A stretch of DNA of 64,000 nt from Octopus bimaculoides (lineage: Eukaryota): NCBI RefSeq assembly GCF_001194135.2, contig NC_068982.1, positions 112,687,623 through 112,751,622 on the forward strand. The letters run 5' to 3'. The notes beneath the pieces were generated by a model that searched no databases, was not told the origin of the DNA, and saw only the letters and a program-made list of their open reading frames with translations. Shown here in pieces: positions 55,301 through 64,000 of the stretch. Both the position numbers and the translations under genes were made by a program. Numbering within the stretch: the first letter of the stretch is position 1; each line of letters starts with the position of its first letter.

Positions 55301-56954
55301 AGCTGGTGACACTATTGGTTGTAAGGTTGACGTGCGTATATAGTAGAGGTCATGATTACAACTACTGCTAATTATTATTATTACTATTACTATTAATTTT
55401 ACTGGTGTTATAATAATTATTCTTTTTTACTATTACTATTATTATAGAGAATATTATGTTTTTTTTATGCTGATGTTAGTGGTAGTGGGTGTTGTGATGT
55501 TTGATGAGATGTGGGTGTGTTGCTGATAATAGAGATGAAGATGATAATAATAACGATTGAATTAATGGAACTGGTGCTTCCTGGCCAAGGCAGTAATATC
55601 AGAATGTTAGAGCCGCCGCTGTCGTCGTCGACTTCTCTATCACTGGCATACATTCTGCAGTAGTAGTTGTAGTAACATTTTATCAAATGTGCAGCTCAAG
55701 AATAGACGTTGTGTAATTTCTTGACGAAAGTATTTGATCAGAGAATTTTCTCATTATCTACTGATCCTTTCAATGAGAAGCAAGGAAGAAGTAAATGAAG
55801 TTGCTTTCTGTCGTAATAAGATAAAGTCCAGCACAGAATGTCATTGCTTATCATCTTGAGACACCAACTATAAAGCTACTGGATCTTGGCACCTGTTTAT
55901 TGTATTTACAATAGTAGCGTAGCTAGTTGTAATATTAGTATCTATAGGAATACCAAGCAGAAGTAGTTACCGATTGTAGTGTCGCTTACAACGATTAGAG
56001 TCACAGAAGTAGCAGCAAGAGGGGGGTTTCTGTGATGTTGGATTGGTGAAGGTGAGGGTTAAGACAATCTTTCAGTTAGGACACTACACATAGTAATAGA
56101 TTTGATTCATTTCTTTTTTCTCAAATGATATCATACCTTCGATTTAATTTGACTGAAAAGACTTCAGTGTTGCTAGATACACGAATGTTATGGACTATTC
56201 AGCTTTTATGAACAACAAAGCACTAACTACAAAACACTAGAAAGCTAGTTACCTTTCAATAATAGCATTCGATATAAATAGAATAAATAAGTTATTTGTA
56301 CGTTTTAGGATATAATATCAACCTACTCATATTTCAACGCAAACAGTTTATCTCTAAATACTATATTTCTCTGATGTATCGAATCATGCAGAGGAAGTTA
56401 AAATGCAATGGTGGTAAAGGGAAAGATTTACATTTGGGTAATTCATACCAATCCCCTGCCATTCTTACAAATAATTCGAGTAAGGCTGCATATTTCGATT
56501 GATGGAAACAGGACACAAGATTAAGAAAGGCAGAAGGTTAATATATTTCGAAGGGAAAATGAAAGTAATTTGTATATGTAGATTTTATAGATATTAATAT
56601 ATATGGGTTGGTTCAGATGAATGTGAGTTTGAAAATACATTGTAGTTAATCAATGCTATATCATCTGTCCATTATAACGTGACATCACGTATGCTACTGG
56701 AATATATCACGAATCTTTAGCGCAGCAGACAATGTCTCGAAGACACTGCGCTACACCAAATATTCAACACTGTTGCTCAGTTACCAAACACCTGGTAAGA
56801 CCATTCAGTGATCCATGATCGATTCGTTGAGTTATCTGTTGCAGCAGTTCAGTAATTGTCCTGAGGATATATGCGGGTATTTCTTACCCTATAGTGAATG
56901 CAGGTATCTTTGTTGTTTTAGTAAGTTCTGGTAATTAAAAACCGTATACATACA

Positions 56955-56998
<44 letters not shown>

Positions 56999-57473
56999 GA
57001 TATATATATANNNNNNNNNNNNNNNNNNNNNNNNNNNNNNNNNNNNNNNNNNNNNNNNNNNNNNNNNNNNNNNNNNNNNNNNNNNNNNNNNNNNNNNNNN
57101 NNNNNNNNNNNNNNNNNNNNNNNNNNNNNNNNNNNNNNNNNNNNNNNNNNNNNNNNNNNNNNNNNNNNNNNNNNNNNNNNNNNNNNNNNNNNNNNNNNNN
57201 NNNNNNNNNNNNNNNNNNNNNNNNNNNNNNNNNNNNNNNNNNNNNNNNNNNNNNNNNNNNNNNNNNNNNNNNNNNNNNNNNNNNNNNNNNNNNNNNNNNN
57301 NNNNNNNNNNNNNNNNNNNNNNNNNNNNNNNNNNNNNNNNNNNNNNNNNNNNNNNNNNNNNNNNNNNNNNNNNNNNNNNNNNNNNNNNNNNNNNNNNNNN
57401 NNNNNNNNNNNNNNNNNNNNNNNNNNNNNNNNNNNNNNNNNNNNNNNNNNNNNNNNNNNNNNNNNNNNNNNNN

Positions 57474-57512
<39 letters not shown>

Positions 57513-60500
57513 GCACTCAAATACAGATATTGATAGATCGGTAGGTAGATAGACTGGTCAGTACCCGCCTACGCACAAGTATATATTTGCATACATTAAT
57601 GTAGAGGTAGTCGTATGACGCATATGTACACACGTACACATACACATATATATATACATAAACACACACATACATACACACATACAAACATATATATACA
57701 TACACACATACATACATATATGTATACACACATGCAGACACACACACTCACATACAGCCACTGAACTAAATGAACATACTTCACTGATTAGCTGCTACTA
57801 TAAAATATTGCTACTTATAGCACACCTATATCTATTATCCGTAAACATTATTAATAGTAACATTGTCATCTTTGAGTGTGTCGTTAGATATTAACATGTC
57901 TAAAGAAATCAATGAAGTATCAAGAACCAGATATGGCATAGACAGGGATTGGATATTACAAGCTTAAAATATTTTCTCCTCTAAACCATTGCTTCTGAAT
58001 TTTACCAGTCTGCAAAAATCTTCTTAATCATGCCTTTCAAAATGTGAATCGTCGTCTTGCATATACGCAAAGATTTATTGAGATTGAACGATGTTCCAAT
58101 GTAACGAATGGGGTGTATTCCCTGCACTCCTTTCTTATAAGCCATGTCCGAAGTATAGAAGCATTTTATACAAACAAAAACATCGTTCAACTCTATTTGG
58201 TAACAAAATTATTGTAATATAAATGTACTTATCTCTAACTGCATCTACCATTTAAGTTTCCTCGCCGCAATTTCTTTTCTGTACTCTAATATAAATAGAT
58301 ATATTCCCATACAAAATCTTTGCATTAGTATGTTTTTCATCATTTGCAAAATATGTCGGGGCTGTTTTGTTGGTGGCTGCTATTGTTATTTTGTTCGCGA
58401 GATCATGTGTGATCGAGTAGACTAACCAATCATCAAATGTATTCCAAGTTCAGCCATCTATCATTTCTCTTTTCATTTCGGAAATAGTGAAGGTAATAAT
58501 GAGTTATCCTATGTTCTTTCAATTTGTATCAAATAGTAGTGTCTGATATCAGGGCGCGCTGAATACTTTTAGTATGTTCAGAAAGGGCACAGGAGATTTT
58601 TCACAGGCCCATTTGTCTGAATATTGTGGCTGCTAATGTTGTTGGTGTTTATTTCGAGATGATTTTCATCAAGCTACCCTATGATCATGATCAAATGAAT
58701 TCCAATCATGATCAGCTGGTCGTTTCTTTCAAACATTGTGTATCCAGAACTACATGACCAAACAAGCTACTCCCTTTCTTTAAATACTAATTGATTTGAC
58801 ATAAGAAGAGTTTTGCTGTTATTTTTTGTCAAACAAGCGACCGTATTAAGTCTTTCCGATATGGCAGCATCTTACGTTGTCTTTTTCAATAGTTAGCAAA
58901 ATTGTTTCCAACGCAAGCGTAAGGTAAATATTTCTTTTTGTAAGAAGTGTAACGTTAAAAATATCACCTCAAACGATTAGAGTAAAGTCGTTTCTGGAAT
59001 ATTTAAAATTATTAATAACCCGTATGAGAATTTCATTCTTGAATGGTGGATTGGCAGCGTTGGTGGATGAAAACGTAAGCATATACATTGTACTTGTGTT
59101 CAAATTTTATCAGAGTGGATTCTGTGTATGAAGTCCACAAAATACATGTACTTGTCAAATACTGTCGATTATACCTTTTTGCAAAACTGAAATATCGTAG
59201 CTATACGAAATAGGTATTTACTCATATTGTTCTGAATTAACAATCCGTCAGGGACGGATTTTTGCTTTCATTGTTTCTCGGTACATAAAATAATTTCTTG
59301 TGGAGCACTAAAGCAGATACAATTGAATATATATCTCCCAAATTTTAGAACTTTTGTATGTGTTAGTAATGAAATGAAGAAGGAAAAGGGAGTAGAAGAA
59401 GCAATATGTGATTTGACACTATGGCGTCATCTTTTTTATGCGGACATAATAGTGTCACATGCGTAACGATGATCAATCATGTTTATTTGGTTAAGTGTTT
59501 ATTTGGTTAAGACATAAACATGGTGATAGCTGAACTGTAATAATTAAAATAGAAAGGAAAGAAAAAAAGCCAGGTCAATTAAACAAAAATAGGTTTTAAT
59601 TTCAATGAATAAGCAAAATAGTCGGCTCGGCTAACGGTTAAAACTAAGTTGCGGCACGGCAATAGAATAGACACGGCTAATTTCGGTTTGGCTGTATGGT
59701 TTATTAGAATGTGCTGACTTGGAAAGAAAATGAGTGTCGTGTGGTTTAAGCCTAAATATGTATATATTTCTTTGTAGTATCATTGATACAAAGCGTTGAA
59801 GTTGGCAAGTGTCGAAATTATAATGTTCTCCTGTCGACAGCTGATAGAAGGAATGCCCCACAGCATAAGTTATATGTATATTATTGATTACTGCATTAGC
59901 CAGTGACGTGTTGTTTGTTATAGGAAGAACTAGTGTTGTTTTTAATTCCCATTATACGGATTTATACTGTTTACTTTACATTCTGTATTATATTAAACCA
60001 CGCGTTTCTCTACTTCATTCTAACTAATCAAATATATTTGCTTGTACCACAGAAATGTTCACACTAGCTGAATGTATTTGAGCCAACTCTTTTTTTTGTT
60101 TCATTTTTGGATTTATTTCGGTATTTATATCGACTAAATTAATTAGATGATTACATATAAGAATAAATAACTTTTAAACAATATCTATTTTAAAATAACT
60201 CCATTAGACTAATTAAAATATGAAGTATAGTACACTATATTTAGTTTACTTTTCTGTCTTCCAAGTTAAGAGAACTACAAGTGTTTTCATTTACGTTCTC
60301 ACCTTATTAGTACCAAAAAATATACCAAGCTCTAATTAAGGTAATATTTAAAGTATTTTTTTAAACTATTACTGACAAAAATTTCAAACATTTTTGGTTA
60401 ATGAAATCACTGTTGAAAAGTTACATTATAATTTTTTCCTCCAATAAACAGGGTTTCAAAGAAGGTTATTGTTGAGATGGAACATCAATATTCACATTCA

Positions 60501-61718
60501 AGAAATTAGTTATATATGTGAAAGTAACTTTGGTTCCCTAATTATGTACCATCCAGAATGTTCAGGAGTCTTTGAACCGCATGATGTTATAATTACTATG
60601 CATTGAAGAATAGAAGAATATTTCACGCAGTTATTAAGTTAAAAGCTGAACCTTTCTATTATTTTATCATCATTTTAGGTGTGTGTGTGTGTGCGTGCGT
60701 GTAATAAATACCAGTCGTGAGCGGCAGATGGGGCAATATCTCGCTATCTTAGTCAACAGTAGGCCTCCACTGTTTTTGTCCTTATTCTGTCGAAACATTA
60801 ACATAAAGACGCCATTATATAACAATCTTATAATAATATTACGAAAATTCTACTCTGAGGCAATCCTAAGGGTGTATAAAATAAGCTGAGCCTGAACAGC
60901 TATTCTTTTCCAACGCAATGTAGTTAAGTAATGTAGTTAGAAAACTTTAATTGTAATCTCGTTCAAACTACTGGTTCTTTGTTGCTCAAGCATCATCATT
61001 CGTTAAACTTGTAAGATTAATTCTGTAGCGAATCTATTATTATCGATGTGATGTCAGTGTGCCGTACATCAGAGTGTCGAGTGTCATATGATCCAATGAA
61101 AGAATGCAAATGCTCTTCATTTAACATTCAATGACTATAATACGTAAAGGTAAATCAAATGCAATTGCTATTTCGACGCCACATCTGCCAGGTCAGCATG
61201 CAGCATGTCTTAATATGAGTAATGAAAAATCATTTCCACCCACATCTCCCATGATTTAGAAGAATCATGATAGTTCTTAAATAATAATATGCAAATGTCT
61301 TCTGCACATTTCAGGAGACGTGTTTCAATGACACAATTCAGCATTAGAAATGTCAATCTACGCAAGATGTCAAGAAAATAAAATCGCTTCATCGCTCCTG
61401 TATTTCTTCAGAAAGCTTTGTTATGCAATTGTTAAGAATATAGAAAGAGAATGCTGCAGCAGTGTAATCACACACAATGCATAATTCTAATGTCTATGCA
61501 TAATCGTTCTGTCATACCAATGTAATGGACTGGCTAATTCAGACTGTCGAAAACATTCGTTTCTTGTTGAAGTTTCAGCTATTAACTGCCATAGACAAAG
61601 GCTAAGTTCTTAATTGATTATCCATAATCCAATTGATTGACCACGAAACGTCCATCAAATAATTCTCTAATAACGTGTAGTAAAATTAAAAGAGTATTCC
61701 AGTACAAGTATTTTGACA

Positions 61719-61873
61719 TAACGTTAGACATTGAAGTGGCGGTATGATATAACGGCAGACATTGGACTAGCGGTTAGATTTAACGGTAGACATTGGAGTA
61801 GCGGTAAATTTTAACTGTGGACATAGGAGTAGCGGTAAGATTTAACGTTAGACAATGGAACAGCGGTAAGACC
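61719..61873. repeat. 31-bp minisatellite, 5 diverged units (TAACGKTAGACATTGGAGTAGCGGTAAGATT)
   Basis: Units start at 61719, 61750, 61781, 61812 and 61843. Confidence 0.95.
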
Positions 61874-63670
61874 AACTATATTGTACGGAAAAGATTCATT
61901 GTGTTGTGCGATGAGCATAAATATTTTCCACAAATATAGATCCTTGTATTTAATGAATAATGTTCCTTGACCTCCGTTAAAAATATCTATTTACTGCATT
62001 TATATAGCAACTTGTGAACAAATGCTTCATTAGTTACAGGTTTCCAGATGCGCCAATAACGGTTAAGATGACAAGGAAGTGTCTAGCCGCAAGTAAGGAT
62101 TTCGTTCGTCAAGTACCATTTACAATTGAAGAGAGGGGAAGTGATTGTACTTAAACAGAGAGTAAGGGCTGATATTTAAGCTTGATTTTGCATGTGGGAA
62201 TCTTATGTAATTCAGTTAGCCGGTTGTGTAAACGTAACGAAGAATCAATATACATAAACAGGAGCTCCAATCATCCACCAAGCATCATACAGCACATTAC
62301 ATTAACAGATGCATGTACTAAACATCTTGAGCAGAGATGTATTTAACAAACTAGCTCAAAAACTAATAGCAGCAAACTTAAATGCAACCAAACCTTAAAA
62401 TGTATCCACAACTGAACATGAAACCTTCCACAATAAATCTCATAAAACCTCAATTCCGTTCTATTAAGGCCGCAAGGGAAATATAGATTTACATACTACT
62501 AACCGCAAGCAAAAATTTGTAATCGTCAGCAACCGACCCAACTCGAAAGTAATTTCAGTGACATATCTAGATACCCTCTGGAAAAAAAGTGCTTGTTAAA
62601 CAAACCGTATACAGAGTAAACATAGAATCGACAGACTGTACATTAAAAGCATAAACTGGTTTGATCTAAATTTAAAATGTATATCTTTAAGTCTCAAAAT
62701 GTGCACGACATCTCTTGTAAAACATTGAAGTTTGGACAAAGGAGAGAGCAACCTCATGTCGAAGACAAAGTCATTCAATGGTTGGGATGTTTGTTACATC
62801 TATGTGCTATTGAAATGCTCAAGGTCTTGGTTGTACCTGACTGTATATAATAGAGATGAAACATCATCATGCGTATATGTAGAAAAATGTAAACTCCTAC
62901 AGCCTCACGCACATTTCAACACCAATGGATGTCAAACTACAAACTGTTTGAACTCACTACCCACGTCTTTGGGTTCCGAGTTCAAGCAGTCTGATACTAA
63001 GACAAGATATCAACAAGTACAATTACTCCTCCTCTCTTCAGAAAAATATCATGTTATTGAGAGCTGACGAATATTCCACATGGAAAATGATATCAACCTA
63101 ATAAAAAAATTGTAGTTATATTTTTTCAATTATAATAGCTATTATTTTTATTATTTAGGATTGCTTTTTGGCTAAATTTTACCAAGTATTATTTTTGTAA
63201 ATCATATCTGATAATTTTCGCATTAAGTGGTGCTTTTGTCTAAGCTAATTTAAATTCCAAACCAGGCAAAGTTGTGCCGTGTTTAAAAACGTTCCATTTT
63301 GTTGGGAGTTTTATTATTTTTTACGCTTCGCTAAAGTAGTCCCTCTGAATCAATGAAAAACCAAAGCCAAATCTGGTTACAGCAGGTGAACGATGCATTC
63401 ACATAAAGATCCGAATTGCATCTTAAGTAGAGATTCTATAACTTGTTAAAAAGCTTCTGGTTACGATTCGCGATAGAAACTTACTGAAGAATCAACACCT
63501 TACAATAATAGCTACTGAAGTAATCTTCGCATAACAGACAACATCCATACACACACGCACGCGCGCATATATATTTATACAAATACACACGGGTACACTC
63601 ATACACATATATATTTACATAAATGTAAATCTACATTTATATCATATGGACATGTATGTATGCATATATA

Positions 63671-63676
63671 ATAATG

Positions 63677-63730
<54 letters not shown>
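63671..63730. repeat. (AAT)n microsatellite
   Basis: Directly visible. Confidence 0.95.
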
Positions 63731-64000
63731 GCTCCTACTCTGCGAAACTTTTTATCTGTAAGTATGGGATCATGGAGAACCACACTGATGTTGAACAATG
63801 ACAATGAATCTCTAATTGCTGGAGATGTAATAATTTCATGTGGCATTTTCCAGAGTGACTCACTATCACCACTCCTCTTCTGTCTAGCCCTAATACCGCT
63901 CTCAAAATTGCTCAATGATGCACATTATGGTTATAAAATATTTGATAAAAATATAAATCATCTCATTTACATGGATGATTTAAAGCTCTTTGCAAAAAAT
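63731..64000 (+). mobile_element. 5'-truncated non-LTR retrotransposon reverse transcriptase, R4/Dong-like; runs off the window
   Basis: Open frame APTLRNFLSVSMGSWRTTLMLNNDNESLIAGDVIISCGIFQSDSLSPLLFCLALIPLSKLLNDAHYGYKIFDKNINHLIYMDDLKLFAKN. It contains RT motif B (GIFQ[G>S]DSLSPLLF) and the catalytic YMDD, in the style of R4/Dong RTs. Confidence 0.9.

Noticed and set aside
61719-61873. Regularly spaced repeats (also 14253-14645 and 21540-21614) considered as CRISPR-like arrays
   Set aside because: They are contiguous tandem units without unique spacers, in a eukaryotic context with no cas genes.

Overview
AT-rich, microsatellite-dense animal genomic DNA with many N gaps, most of them bordered by (TA)n/(CA)n tracts. 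The SINE-like sequences and microsatellite load suggest an octopus (coleoid cephalopod) draft assembly; this is inferred from remembered repeat consensus sequences, not from a search. Almost all ORFs in the track are microsatellite or gap artefacts. The main biological content is an unidentified multi-exon protein-coding gene on the minus strand. It has a large Q/H/P/N/T-rich exon (donor at 52122/52121), followed by phase-consistent exons at 36769-36631, 28913-28783, 26246-26148 and 24312-24251, and a weaker chain of 44-71 nt micro-exons down to about 6.9 kb. Its introns hold decayed TEs: two Penelope-like elements, a mariner, a Helitron/Helentron-like element with a 69-bp coding-like repeat, L1/Tx1-like relics and SINEs. 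They also hold several fold-back structures: a near-perfect 113-nt hairpin, two 300-400 bp palindromic elements and a 2.3-kb element with ~500-bp inverted arms. A 5'-truncated R4/Dong-like reverse transcriptase abuts an (AAT)n tract at the right edge. No rRNA, tRNA gene or CRISPR array is supported.
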